Positions 49,150 to 61,045 of a stretch of 64,000 bases of DNA are shown here, in pieces. Position 1 is the first letter of the stretch, and every line of letters starts with the position of its first letter. The position numbers and the translations under genes are program-made. The notes beneath the pieces are model-generated. The model was not told where the DNA came from. It worked only from the letters and a program-made list of their open reading frames with translations, and ran no database searches. Origin of the DNA: Planctomycetota bacterium (GTDB lineage Bacteria > Planctomycetota > B15-G4); NCBI GenBank assembly GCA_038212275.1, contig JBBQUR010000008.1, positions 32,001-96,000 of the forward strand, read 5' to 3'.

Positions 49150-50279
49150 GGACTTCTCTGCGCAAGACGGAAGAGAAGCGCCAGAGCAGCACGCGCGGCT
49201 TCGCTTCCGTCGCCGCCCGCAGCGGCCGTCTCGCGAAGGCGTTCTGCCGCGCGGCGGGCGAAGCCAGCAACCTCGATCCCTGCGAGGTCATCGGCATCAG
49301 GCCGGACCGCAATCTCGCTCTTGCGCTCCCACTCGATGACGGCTGCCAGCACTTGGCGCGCCTCGTCGAGGATTTCATCGAGCCGAGCGCGCTGCTTGAG
49401 CGTGAGCGTGCCGCGGAAGCCGAGTTTGGCAACCGTGCGTGGCTTGTCGTCCATTGACCGTAGCCGCCGCCGCACGACATCGAGGTCAGCGTCGGACACC
49501 AGCTCGAACTGCTCAAGAACGAACTTCCAGCGGCCAACGCGATGGGGTTCCACGCTGCACGAATCCGGCCCGACTTCGACGACCAGCGCCGAACCGGATT
49601 CGATCTCATCGAAGTCCGTCGTCTCCTGGGATCCGGCGTACCAGATCCGGTCGCCAGTCCCTACCCGCGTCGGCGAGTGCCGGTCGCCCAGCGCAAGGTA
49701 GTGGAACCGCCGCTCGGCAAGCGCCTTCTCTGCCGCTGCCTGCGAGATCAGTGCAGGGTTTTCGCGGTCCACCGCAACGATCGTGTCGACCGCCCCGTGC
49801 CCGACGAGCACGCGCGGAACATCCGTCGGCTCAAGCGTCCGTGCCGCATCTGCGACGAGATCGGAAAGCGGCCGCTTCGACGACCATGGCGCGCCCACGA
49901 TCTCAGCTCCCGACGCCAGCCTCCGCGGTTCCGCCGTATCGAGCACATGGACATGCGCTGGTTTCGCCGCGACGAAAGCTCGAGACCGAAAGACGGAGGC
50001 CGCGTCGAGCGGATCATGATTCCCCGGTAGCAGGTAGACGGGCACCGTCGATCCGCCGAGTGCGTCCATGGCCTGCGCCACGGTCCGCCGGTCCACCTGA
50101 TTCGTCTCGAAGACATCGCCAGAGACGACAACTGCCTCGCACCCCTTGGCCGCCGCGAGCCGGAGGATTGCGCGCACGGCGTCGAGTCGATCTGCCGCAT
50201 ATCGTGCCTGGGCCTCCCCGGCGAGGAAGTGCCGGGTCATCCCGAGCTGCCAGTCGGCGGTGTGGATGAAGCGAAGCAT
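49146..50279 (-). CDS. Mre11/SbcD-like metallophosphoesterase nuclease
   Basis: FIHTADWQLG, SGDVFE, LPGNHD, VGHG and YLALGDRH. Confidence 0.93.
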   Translation of the reverse strand: MLRFIHTADWQLGMTRHFLAGEAQARYAADRLDAVRAILRLAAAKGCEAVVVSGDVFETNQVDRRTVAQAMDALGGSTVPVYLLPGNHDPLDAASVFRSRAFVAAKPAHVHVLDTAEPRRLASGAEIVGAPWSSKRPLSDLVADAARTLEPTDVPRVLVGHGAVDTIVAVDRENPALISQAAAEKALAERRFHYLALGDRHSPTRVGTGDRIWYAGSQETTDFDEIESGSALVVEVGPDSCSVEPHRVGRWKFVLEQFELVSDADLDVVRRRLRSMDDKPRTVAKLGFRGTLTLKQRARLDEILDEARQVLAAVIEWERKSEIAVRPDADDLAGIEVAGFARRAAERLRETAAAGGDGSEAARAALALLFRLAQRSP

Positions 50280-50294
50280 GTGCGATACCTGCAT

Positions 50295-50400
50295 AACTAT
50301 TGCGTGTTTCGACGTCCAGCGTCAAGCAGGTGCAATAGTTGTCTCTGGCGACAACCGAACTCTTGCCGATGTGCGTCGTTTTCTATCGTAACACGCAATA
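50295..50400. promoter_or_regulatory. Divergent AT-rich promoter region with inverted-repeat operator candidates
   Basis: TATTGCGTGTTTCGA (50298-50312) and TCGTAACACGCAATA (50386-50400) match 14/15 as an inverted pair. GCAATAGTT (50332-50340) is the reverse complement of 50295-50303. Confidence 0.65.
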
Positions 50401-50412
50401 CATTTGCGTAGT

Positions 50413-51222
50413 ATGCAACTCCACATGAACGACCTCAGGGACTTCTTTGCCCTCCACCCGGTGTTCACGCGGGGCGAGTTCGCGGCGGCGACCGAGAACC
50501 CCAACCAGCGGACAGTCGACTCCATGCTCCGCTATCACGTTGCGCGACGCCATATCGTGCGGGTCAGGCGCATGCTTTACGCGGCAGTGCCACCCGGAGC
50601 GGACGCCGGTACCTTTCAGCCCGATCCGTTTCTCACTGCGAGCCGTGCATCTCCGACAGCGGTGATTGCGTACCACTCAGCACTGGAGTTTCACGGGCTT
50701 GCCTATGCCTCACATCCTGGCCGCGTGATCGCCGCATGCGCCGAGGCTGTTCGATCCTTCGAGTTTCGCGGGCGCGAGTTCCGCCTCGTTCGGCCCCCAC
50801 GGTCCCTGCTTCGCGTATCGCTTTGGTCCGATGAAGTCCTGACCACGTCTCGCGCGGGCCTTCCTCTCAAGGTGACCTCTCCCGAGCGCTCGATCGTGGA
50901 CGTCCTCGATCGGCCTGAACTTGGAGACGGGCTCGCTTCCACATGGGTGGCGATTTCGAGCCTCGGTTCGATACGCATGGCCGGAATCGTTGACTACGCC
51001 GAGCGGCTCGGCCACCGAGCCACGGCTGGGCTCGTTGGCCTCCTCTTGTCTCAGCAGCCTCCTGAAGCTGGAGTCACACGGGCCCACCTGGACCGCCTCA
51101 TGACGCTCGCACCCCGCCGCCCGATCTATGTGGGCGGACGCGAAGCCGCGAAACTCGCGAAGCCGTGGAACGTCATGGTTCCTGCGCTTCTCCTTGACCG
51201 ACCTCGGGAATCCGATTCGTGA
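50413..51222 (+). CDS. Type IV TA antitoxin / transcriptional regulator, AbiEi-like
   Basis: N-terminal wHTH (HPVFTRGEF...RVRRMLY), IAYHSALEFHGLA and VTSPERSIVDVLDRPELG; GTGA overlap with the toxin. Start is 50413 or 50425. Confidence 0.88.
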   Translation: MQLHMNDLRDFFALHPVFTRGEFAAATENPNQRTVDSMLRYHVARRHIVRVRRMLYAAVPPGADAGTFQPDPFLTASRASPTAVIAYHSALEFHGLAYASHPGRVIAACAEAVRSFEFRGREFRLVRPPRSLLRVSLWSDEVLTTSRAGLPLKVTSPERSIVDVLDRPELGDGLASTWVAISSLGSIRMAGIVDYAERLGHRATAGLVGLLLSQQPPEAGVTRAHLDRLMTLAPRRPIYVGGREAAKLAKPWNVMVPALLLDRPRESDS

Positions 51223-52211
51223 AGCTCGATCCTGTCGAACTGCAACGGCTGTCGGCACAGCGAGGATACTCGGTTGACGACATCGAAAAGGCGATCGTCC
51301 TGATGTCGATTCTCCAGGGGATTTGCAATCACGCCGACCTCGGAAGCGCCTTCGCGTTGACGGGAGGAGCTGCGCTGAACTTCTTCCATGCCAACCTGCC
51401 GCGGCACTCGCGAGACCTCGACATCAACTATGTCGAGGATGTCTCCCGCGAGACAATGCTGGTGCGTCGAGATTCACTTGAGGCAGCGTTGCACTCGCTC
51501 TGCAAACAGCTTGGCGTGAATGTCAGGCGCGTACTCAGTGAGCACGCGGGTGGAACCTGGAGCTGCCGGTTCGAAGACCACACGGGGCGCTCACGCAACG
51601 TGAGTCTCGACGTGTCGTGGATCGCGAGGGTGCCTCTCTGGCCGGTGAGGCGTGTCGACGGAATACACCTTGGCACTCACTCTGTCCGCAACATGCAGCT
51701 CTTGTCGATCGAGGAGATCACCGTCGGAAAGATTCTTGCGCTGCTTGGGCGATCCGAGCCACGCGATGTGTTTGACGCTTCCATGCTGTTTGCTCGAAGC
51801 GACTTCAAGCTGGAAGCCATTCGCACCGGATTCATCGCCCTCAGCCTCGCAACCCGCGACCTCGATTTGCGTGAGATCGATCCGGAAACGATGCTCCGCC
51901 ACGACCCGAGAGCCGTCAGGTCCGGGCTCGCGCGACTGCTCGTACGCGGTTCCATTCCGACGGGCAGCGATGGGATCGCCTGGGTCACGGCTCAACTCGA
52001 TGCATGCCGAGAAGTACTTCGTGAGATGCTCCGACTGCGACCCGCCGAAGTGGCATTTCTCGAGGCAGCCCTCGACCAAGGTGAAGTACGCGCGGATCTG
52101 CTTGAATGCGACCCGCCGCTGCGAGACCGAATATCTCGGCATCCGGCAATCCAATGGCGCGCGCTGAATATTCAACGTCACGCCAAAGGCGAACGCGACG
52201 CATCCGCCTGA
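51219..52211 (+). CDS. Type IV TA toxin, AbiEii/AbiGii nucleotidyltransferase
   Basis: LTGGAALN, RHSRDLDIN and GKILALLGR.EPRDVFD. Confidence 0.9.
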   Translation: MKLDPVELQRLSAQRGYSVDDIEKAIVLMSILQGICNHADLGSAFALTGGAALNFFHANLPRHSRDLDINYVEDVSRETMLVRRDSLEAALHSLCKQLGVNVRRVLSEHAGGTWSCRFEDHTGRSRNVSLDVSWIARVPLWPVRRVDGIHLGTHSVRNMQLLSIEEITVGKILALLGRSEPRDVFDASMLFARSDFKLEAIRTGFIALSLATRDLDLREIDPETMLRHDPRAVRSGLARLLVRGSIPTGSDGIAWVTAQLDACREVLREMLRLRPAEVAFLEAALDQGEVRADLLECDPPLRDRISRHPAIQWRALNIQRHAKGERDASA

Positions 52212-52299
52212 GGGCGCTCCGCAGTCCTGAGTGACCCATTCCCTCGCCCGGATCCGGGATCGACGCGCAGCGCTCGATGGTCGGGAGCTACGTCGCGAG

Positions 52300-52488
52300 T
52301 CAGGTGGGCCTCGGGTGGCAGGCGGTGGCCTTCAGATACTTCTCGATGCAGTGCTGGGCATGGAAGCAGACGGCGTCCGTCGGACAGCCGCGTTTCATGC
52401 GGAGCGTGCAGGCGGCCGCTGCCAGGTCGTGCTCGGCCTTTTCCACCCACTCGGCGACGACGATCAGAATCCTATCCTGCTCGGGCAT
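52300..52488 (-). pseudogene. HEPN toxin, internally deleted/truncated
   Basis: WVEKAEHDLAAA...DAVCFHAQHCIEKYLKA is a canonical HEPN N-terminus, but a stop follows after 62 aa and the THDL/RYP region is missing. Confidence 0.8.
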
Positions 52489-52804
52489 ACAGGACTCGGC
52501 CCTCGTGTGCGGCGGGCCACTCGATCGTGCCGACGACATGGGATCGCCAGGCGTACGACTCGGGCGTGACGACCACGATGTCCTTGGGCATGCGGATGTC
52601 GTGCAGCAACGTGCCGATCTCCACGGCGGCCTCGCGGCGGGAGCCCTTCACGGGCATGACAACGAGCAGGTCCACGTCACTGTCGTTGCGCGCCGTGCCG
52701 CTGGCATGCGAGCCGAAGAGAATGATCCGCTCCGGATCGAAACGGCCCACGATGCGCCGGACCATTTCAGTCAGCGCTCGATCGATGCCGGGGACCTTCT
52801 TCAT
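52472..52804 (-). CDS. Minimal nucleotidyltransferase (MNT) antitoxin
   Basis: IILFGSHASGTARNDSDVDLLVV and EGRVLY; overlaps the HEPN start. Confidence 0.92.
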   Translation of the reverse strand: MKKVPGIDRALTEMVRRIVGRFDPERIILFGSHASGTARNDSDVDLLVVMPVKGSRREAAVEIGTLLHDIRMPKDIVVVTPESYAWRSHVVGTIEWPAAHEGRVLYARAG

Positions 52805-52841
52805 GCGGGTCTCGTCTGCGATCGGATACGGCGACGCCGGC

Positions 52842-53774
52842 TCAGCCGGCCAGCTGGCCCTCCATGAGGATCCGCTGCGCGGGCATCGGTCCCGGCACGC
52901 CGGCGCCGGCCAGCGCCAGCTTGACGCTCTCCGTCAGGTCGGCGGTCAGGCTCACCACGTCCCCGGGCTTGCACCACGGACGCACGGACAACCGGATCGC
53001 GTCGTTGGCCAGCGACGCGACGCCGATGCCGATCGCCGGCTCCTTCAGCACGCGCGGGTCGGCAGTCACGACGTTCACGATGAGCTTCTTGGTGGCCGCG
53101 AGGTCCCCGTCGTGGCCCACGTCGAAGAACAGGTCCACGCGGCGCGTGCTGTTCGCGGTGAAGTTCACGATGCAACCCGCGGTGATGGCGGCGTTGGGCA
53201 CGATGATGCGGATGTTGTCCGGCGTGTCGAGCGTGCTCGCGAACACGCCGATCTCCTGCACGACGCCGGTCTGGCCTGCGACCGTCACCAGGTCGCCCAC
53301 GCGGACGGGCCGGAAGAGCATCAGCATCACGCCGCTCGCGAGGTTGCCGAGGCTGCCCTGCAGCGCGAAACCGACGGCGAGGCCGGCGGCGCCGAGGATC
53401 GCGATGAACGAAGCCGTCTCCACGCCCAGCTTGCCCAGCGCGGAGATCACGACCAGCGTGAACAGCGTGTAGTACGCGATGTTGGCGAGGAACTTCGCGA
53501 GCGTGGCGTCCACGTTGCTGCGCACGAGCAACGCACGGACACCGCGCGTCACCAGCTTGGCGATCCACACGCCCAGGATCAGCGTGACCAAGGCGCCGAT
53601 CAGCGACGGCGCGAAGCCCTCGGCCCACGCGCCGATCCGGGAGAGCAGGTCCGCGGGGTGCGTGATCGCGTCCAGCGGCGTGGCGGCGCCGGCTGCGCCG
53701 GCAGCGCCTGCCGCGTTGGCCGCACCGTCCTGAGGCAGCAGTGAAGTGGCCAGGAACGGGATGAAGGCGAACAT
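52842..53774 (-). CDS. mscS: Small-conductance mechanosensitive channel
   Basis: LGAAGLAVGFALQGSLGNLASGV, FRPVRVGD, IIVPN and RRVDL. Confidence 0.92.
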   Translation of the reverse strand: MFAFIPFLATSLLPQDGAANAAGAAGAAGAATPLDAITHPADLLSRIGAWAEGFAPSLIGALVTLILGVWIAKLVTRGVRALLVRSNVDATLAKFLANIAYYTLFTLVVISALGKLGVETASFIAILGAAGLAVGFALQGSLGNLASGVMLMLFRPVRVGDLVTVAGQTGVVQEIGVFASTLDTPDNIRIIVPNAAITAGCIVNFTANSTRRVDLFFDVGHDGDLAATKKLIVNVVTADPRVLKEPAIGIGVASLANDAIRLSVRPWCKPGDVVSLTADLTESVKLALAGAGVPGPMPAQRILMEGQLAG

Positions 53775-53951
53775 GGGTCTTCCCTCGGAGAGCTGGATGC
53801 GGGGAGTCGGCGAGACTCGACCCGACAGCGTACGCGCGGATTGCGCGCTCCGGCGGAGGTGCCCGTAAACCTGCGTGATGGGCCGGCGACGTTGCCGGCA
53901 GGCGCGCGCCTCACAGCAGTGAGCGGCGCTTGCCGAGCTGTCCCGCGCGAC

Positions 53952-54944
53952 TCAGGGCGTGACGCCCTTCAAACCGTTGCTCAGCGCGACTCCCTGCGCG
54001 GCTGCCGCGTCCTGAATCGCGTACTGGAAGTAGATCGAGGTCGCCGGGGGCACGCCTGCCGGCCACACGAAGGGCAGAACGATCGCGCCGCCGCCGTTGG
54101 TGATCAGGGACAGCGTCAGCAAGGCCGGAACGGGAATCAGCGTGCCACCCTTGAAGGGCGTCGGCGTGCTCGCCAGCGACAGGAACAACACGGCAGTCGA
54201 GTTGGGCCGGGCCGATGTCAGCGACAGACTTCCCGCAGAGCCCGCGGCCAGCGTGCCTGTCCCCACGAGGTGTGGGACGCCATTGAGGCCGGCGAGCCCC
54301 GCCCCGATCTCCTGGAACACAGGCGCCAGGACGACACTGTCCAGACCCGCCTCGCTGCTGGGAGCCGGAGTGCCGTTATAAAACGTGACTGTCGTGGAGG
54401 TTCCCGTCGCAACGAAGGTCGTCGTGAACTGCTTCCAGTTGATCGTGCCTGATGTCACCGTCGCATTGGTGTACCCGACACGAGGGCCACCATTGATGCT
54501 CAGATCCACTGTGGTCGGCGTCGAATAAATGGGACTGGCACTGGACGCTCGTCCCACGAAGAACGAGAGGGTGTAAGCCTGTCCATTAATCGTCTGGACC
54601 GTTTGCTGGACGCCGCTCGTGAACCCGTTGTTTCCCACACCGGTCAAGTCCAGCGAGTTCATTCCCGCTTGTGCGGTGAAAGCTGAAATGCCGTTTCCTG
54701 GCTCGGCATAGTTCGTATGCAGGAGAAGAACAGCGCTCCCCACGACCGTCCAGCCTCCCAGAGCCTGACCACCGCCCAATGACGTGAAGCCGCCCACGGG
54801 AGCGGAGGGAGTCTCGAACCCACCGTTCAGCAGGGAGTCCGCATGCACGCTCGGGACCATCGCGCTGAGTGCCAGCAGGACGGAACCCATGAGCGTGCGT
54901 GCTCCAAGGCGTCGATGGGCGGATATGAAATGGGAAGCGCTCAT
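53952..54944 (-). CDS. Secreted DUF642 / choice-of-anchor-C-like carbohydrate-binding fold protein with the shared C-terminal domain
   Basis: Signal peptide; LLNGGFETP, SLDLTG..GVQQTV.T..GQAYTLSF, W....TF.ATGTSTT.TF and LDSV; C-terminus PFKGGTLIP...YFQYAIQD...SNGLKGVTP. Start is 54944 or 54890. Confidence 0.82.
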   Translation of the reverse strand: MSASHFISAHRRLGARTLMGSVLLALSAMVPSVHADSLLNGGFETPSAPVGGFTSLGGGQALGGWTVVGSAVLLLHTNYAEPGNGISAFTAQAGMNSLDLTGVGNNGFTSGVQQTVQTINGQAYTLSFFVGRASSASPIYSTPTTVDLSINGGPRVGYTNATVTSGTINWKQFTTTFVATGTSTTVTFYNGTPAPSSEAGLDSVVLAPVFQEIGAGLAGLNGVPHLVGTGTLAAGSAGSLSLTSARPNSTAVLFLSLASTPTPFKGGTLIPVPALLTLSLITNGGGAIVLPFVWPAGVPPATSIYFQYAIQDAAAAQGVALSNGLKGVTP

Positions 54945-55260
54945 GGTCGGAGCCTCGCGAGAGTGGAGTCGGTGCTGCGCCCCGGGGGCACCACCTTCCT
55001 CATCGGAATCCCGGCAAGCGTGTGACAAAGGGCGTGGCCCTCCAGCCGCCGGCCGTGCTCCTCCACGGACTTCACGGGGCGGGCCGCACAGGTGGGCCGG
55101 ACCGCCGCGGCCCCCGCCTCCGCAAAGTCGCGGTGTCTTCGCCCGCAGTTCCGTGAACGGACTGCGTGTCCGGGCCAATCGGTGGCTGCAGGGCTGACTT
55201 GACCCAAGCCCCGCCCCCCGGAGCACGTCCACCCCGCGGGCTGCAAGCCCGCGCATCGAG

Positions 55261-55334
55261 TGGTTCCCGAACTAGGATTCGAACCTAGATAACCAGATCC
55301 AGAATCTGGTGTCCTGCCGTTGGACGATTCGGGA
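55261..55334 (-). tRNA. tRNA-Gln (anticodon CTG), CCA encoded
   Basis: Cloverleaf TCCCGAA-TC-GTCC.AACGGCA.GGAC-A-CCAGA.TTCTGGA.TCTGG-TTAT-CTAGG.TTCGAAT.CCTAG-TTCGGGA-A-CCA. Confidence 0.97.
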
Positions 55335-55456
55335 AACGAGCAGCAAAGGGACAGGGGGCGGATTCTGGCCGACGCGCGGGGCGCGCGTCAACGCTGCAAC
55401 CGCGCCGGCACCTCGATTCGCGCCGACAGGCCGGGCTTTGCGAGAATCTCGGCCCG

Positions 55457-56497
55457 ATGTCCACGCCAAGCAACTCGCCGACTCCGCCTGCGACGCCCGC
55501 CTCGGGCAACGCCCCTGCCTCGGCTTCGCCGTCCGCGCTGCCATCGCCGTCAGCACTGTCATCGCCGTCGGCACCGGCCTCGCCAGCCGCCCCGCACCCC
55601 GTGCTCTTCACCCCCGACGAGCGCCCGACCTTCCTCGGCCTCGACGACGCCGGCCCCGTCGCAGCCCAGCTCGCCATCGTCTGCGCCCCCTACGACCTGA
55701 CCTCCACCTACGGCAAGGGCGCGGACCGCGGCCCCGACGCGGCCCTCGCGGCCAGCGGCGCCGTCGAGACCTGGGACGACGAGACCTCCACCGACCTCGA
55801 GGCCCTCGCCTACACCACCTGGCGCCCCGCCGACCCCGCCGCCTTCGGGCGCCTGTCGCCGGAGGCCATGGTCGCGGAGCTTGAGGTCGCCCACGAATCC
55901 TTCCTCGCGCGCGGCATCCCGACGCTCGGCATCGGCGGCGAGCACTCCATCACCTATGGGCAGTTCGCGGCGCTGCGCAAGCGGCACCCCGATCTCGCCG
56001 TGCTGCAGTTCGACGCGCACTGCGACCTGCGCGACACCTACAAGGGCAGCAAGCACAGCCACGCCTGCATCGCGCGCCGCTTCGTCGAGGACGGCGCGCC
56101 GCTGGTGCAGGTCGGCATGCGCAGTTGCAGCCGCGAGGAAGCCGCCTTCATCAAGGAGCGCGGGCTCACCGTGCACTGGGCGCGCGACGTCGTCGGCCGC
56201 GTCGCCTTCCACCGCGACGTGCTCGCGGTGCTCGCCGACCGCCCCGTCTTCGTGACCGTGGATCTCGACGGCTTCGACCCGTCGCTCGTGCCCGCCACCG
56301 GCACGCCCGAGCCCGGCGGCCTGCTCTGGTTCGACGTCACGCGCCTGCTCGCGATGGTCGCGCGCCACTGCAAAGTCGTCGGCGCCGACATCACCGAGCT
56401 GGCCCCGACCCCCGACGGCATCTTCTCGCGCCCGAGCGAGTTCCTCGCTGCGCGCCTCGCCGCCAAGATGGTCGCCTACTTCTGGGCGCCGCGCTGA
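55457..56497 (+). CDS. speB: Agmatinase (ureohydrolase family)
   Basis: GGEHSIT, FDAHCDLRD, SHAC, DLDGFDPS..PATGTPEPGGL and ELAP. Confidence 0.92.
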   Translation: MSTPSNSPTPPATPASGNAPASASPSALPSPSALSSPSAPASPAAPHPVLFTPDERPTFLGLDDAGPVAAQLAIVCAPYDLTSTYGKGADRGPDAALAASGAVETWDDETSTDLEALAYTTWRPADPAAFGRLSPEAMVAELEVAHESFLARGIPTLGIGGEHSITYGQFAALRKRHPDLAVLQFDAHCDLRDTYKGSKHSHACIARRFVEDGAPLVQVGMRSCSREEAAFIKERGLTVHWARDVVGRVAFHRDVLAVLADRPVFVTVDLDGFDPSLVPATGTPEPGGLLWFDVTRLLAMVARHCKVVGADITELAPTPDGIFSRPSEFLAARLAAKMVAYFWAPR

Positions 56498-56581
56498 CGC
56501 GTCCCGGCGCGTCCCGGCCGGGCCGCTCGATTCCGCCTTGGTCGCTTCGCGGCGGCGACAGCCTCTGCAGTCCTGCCGGAC

Positions 56582-56935
56582 TCACGCCGCCGTGAGGTAG
56601 TCCGGCGGCGCGAAAATGCCCCGGCTGCGCAGTGGCTCGGGCCCCTGTTCGCGGCACATCCGGCGCAGCCTGGGCATCGTGTCGGCGGCGCGCACCAGGA
56701 ACACCTCGCGCGGTGAGCGTGGAACCGCGTGCACCCAGGCGGGCACCGGCACGCCAGCCCGCTGAGACAGCATCTCGACCAACCCAGCGGCGACCGCGAG
56801 CTCCGTGGCGTCCAGTCCGGCAGGACGCAAGATCTCAGTCCAGCGCAAGCCGCTGCTCGCCGCCTCCGCGACCCACTCTCGCGCCGCGAGCGATTCATAC
56901 GCAAGCACCGCACGGACAAGCTCACGCAGATCCAC
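56582..56935 (-). CDS. Hypothetical protein, probable partner of the adjacent nucleotidyltransferase remnant
   Basis: GTG start overlaps the upstream ORF end; ...VPVPAWV...PEPLRSRGIFAPPDYLTAA. Confidence 0.6.
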   Translation of the reverse strand: MDLRELVRAVLAYESLAAREWVAEAASSGLRWTEILRPAGLDATELAVAAGLVEMLSQRAGVPVPAWVHAVPRSPREVFLVRAADTMPRLRRMCREQGPEPLRSRGIFAPPDYLTAA

Positions 56936-57197
56936 GGCTCGACTCCCAGAGATCCTCGAAAGCATACCGCGCCTTCAAGTCTCTTCCCGGCACGATGAAC
57001 GGCAACACGGACTCCCAGACATCCTCGCGAGCTCCAGAAAGGCTGGAGAGAAGCAGCCGCGCATCCTCGATATCCACGTCGTCGCGCCAAGCGGCCAGCT
57101 TCATGGCGAGAAGCTGCGCAGTGCCCAGCGTTCGAACGCGCAGCGACGTGCATTCAAGCAGCGTCTCGCCCTCGGCGGCGTTGCCCGCACCGGAACT
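56922..57197 (-). pseudogene. C-terminal half of a DUF6036-like nucleotidyltransferase
   Basis: ...SLRVRTLGTAQLLAMKLAAWRDDVDIEDARLLL. The frame begins directly after the TGA at 57198-57200, so no N-terminal GG motif is present. Confidence 0.55.
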
Positions 57198-59711
<2,514 letters not shown>

Positions 59712-59862
59712 GCCGCCTCCGCCCCCGGTCACGCCTGCGGCCGCATCCCCGTTGGCGATCGCGATCCGGGGCTCCGTTGCAGAGGCTGTTGCAGCCTCGG
59801 TCGGGGTCACGGTCGGGGTCCCGGTGGCGCCGCGGTGCCACGGGCGTTCTTCGGGCGTTCCG

Positions 59863-60948
59863 TTGGATGTGCTGTTCACGCTGCTCCTCGCCCTGTGCCT
59901 CGCGGTCTCTGCGCCGCCGCTCACCGCGCAGGACGCCCCGCGCGCGCAGGACGATCCGCCGCCGCCCGACCGCGGTGTCGCCGCCGCTCTCGCCGCCGCG
60001 GATGCAGCGCACGCACCGTTCGTGCAGACGATACCCGGCACGCTGGTGACCATCGAGATGCTGCCCGTCGGCGAGCTGTGGTGGAGCCGCACCGAAATCA
60101 CGTGGGACGCCTACGACGTGCTGGTGTTCGGCCTCGATCACGTCACGCCGCCCGGCGCGGGCGACGCCGTGCCTGCGGAGGCGTCGCCATCGCCACAGGC
60201 GCCATCTCTATCGGCGCCCTCCCCGCCGCGAGCAGGACCCGACGCCGCCGAACCGGAGACGCCGCTCGTCACGCCACGCGATCCGTCGCGGCCGGGCGAT
60301 CCGGCACGACCACGCGATCCGTCGCGGCCGGGCGAGAATGGCGCGGACGGCAGCGCGAACGAGGAGGTGCGCGGTCCCGACGCGGTGCTGCGACCCACCA
60401 AGCCGCACATCGTCACGGACCGCGGCTTCGGGCATGCGGGCTACCCGGCGCTGTCGCTGAGTGCGCGCGGCGCGCAGTCCTTCTGCGAGTGGCTCTCGGC
60501 GGTGAGCGGTCGTCGCTATCGGCTTCCGACGGAAGCGGAATGGGAGGCCGCCTGTCGCGCCAACGCGCCGCCGGGCACCGCGCCGGATGCGGTGTGGAGT
60601 TGCGGCGACGATCCAGCCGCCGTGCCGGAGTTCGCGTGGCATCGCGAGAACAGCGAGCGCAAGACGCACCCCGTCGGCAGCAAGGCGGCCGGCGCGCTCG
60701 GATTGCAGGACCTGCACGGCAACGTCGCGGAGTGGTGCCTCGCAGCCGACGGCACCGCGGTACTCAAGGGCGGCAGCTATCGCGACCCCGTGAAGGCCCT
60801 GCGCATCGACGCGCGGCAGGTGCCCGTCGCCGCCTGGAATCAGAGCGACCCCAACCTGCCCAGGAGCAAGTGGTGGCTCGCCGACGCGCCCTTCGCCGGC
60901 TTCCGCATCGTGTGCGAAGGCGCTGCATCGCCCCCGGCAGCACACTGA
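59863..60948 (+). CDS. Formylglycine-generating enzyme (SUMF1/EgtB/PvdO) family domain protein, secreted
   Basis: RTEITWDAY, FCEWLS..SGRRYRLPTEAEWEAACRA, GLQDLHGNVAEW, KGGSY and GFRIV. Start is approximate. Confidence 0.88.
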   Translation: MDVLFTLLLALCLAVSAPPLTAQDAPRAQDDPPPPDRGVAAALAAADAAHAPFVQTIPGTLVTIEMLPVGELWWSRTEITWDAYDVLVFGLDHVTPPGAGDAVPAEASPSPQAPSLSAPSPPRAGPDAAEPETPLVTPRDPSRPGDPARPRDPSRPGENGADGSANEEVRGPDAVLRPTKPHIVTDRGFGHAGYPALSLSARGAQSFCEWLSAVSGRRYRLPTEAEWEAACRANAPPGTAPDAVWSCGDDPAAVPEFAWHRENSERKTHPVGSKAAGALGLQDLHGNVAEWCLAADGTAVLKGGSYRDPVKALRIDARQVPVAAWNQSDPNLPRSKWWLADAPFAGFRIVCEGAASPPAAH

Positions 60949-61045
60949 CAGCGACGACGCCCGACGCGCGCCCCGCGTGCGCCCCGCGTGCGTCCCTCAA
61001 TGCGCCGAGCCTGATAGACTCCGGCCCTTCCTCCGGAGACGCGCG

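Noticed and set aside
46472..55334. tRNA-Gln-anchored integrative element covering the defence block
   Set aside because: The tRNA 3' end faces the block, but I found no integrase and no duplicated tRNA 3' end (TGGTTCCCGAACTAGG) by eye. The host-like mscS gene also interrupts the block.
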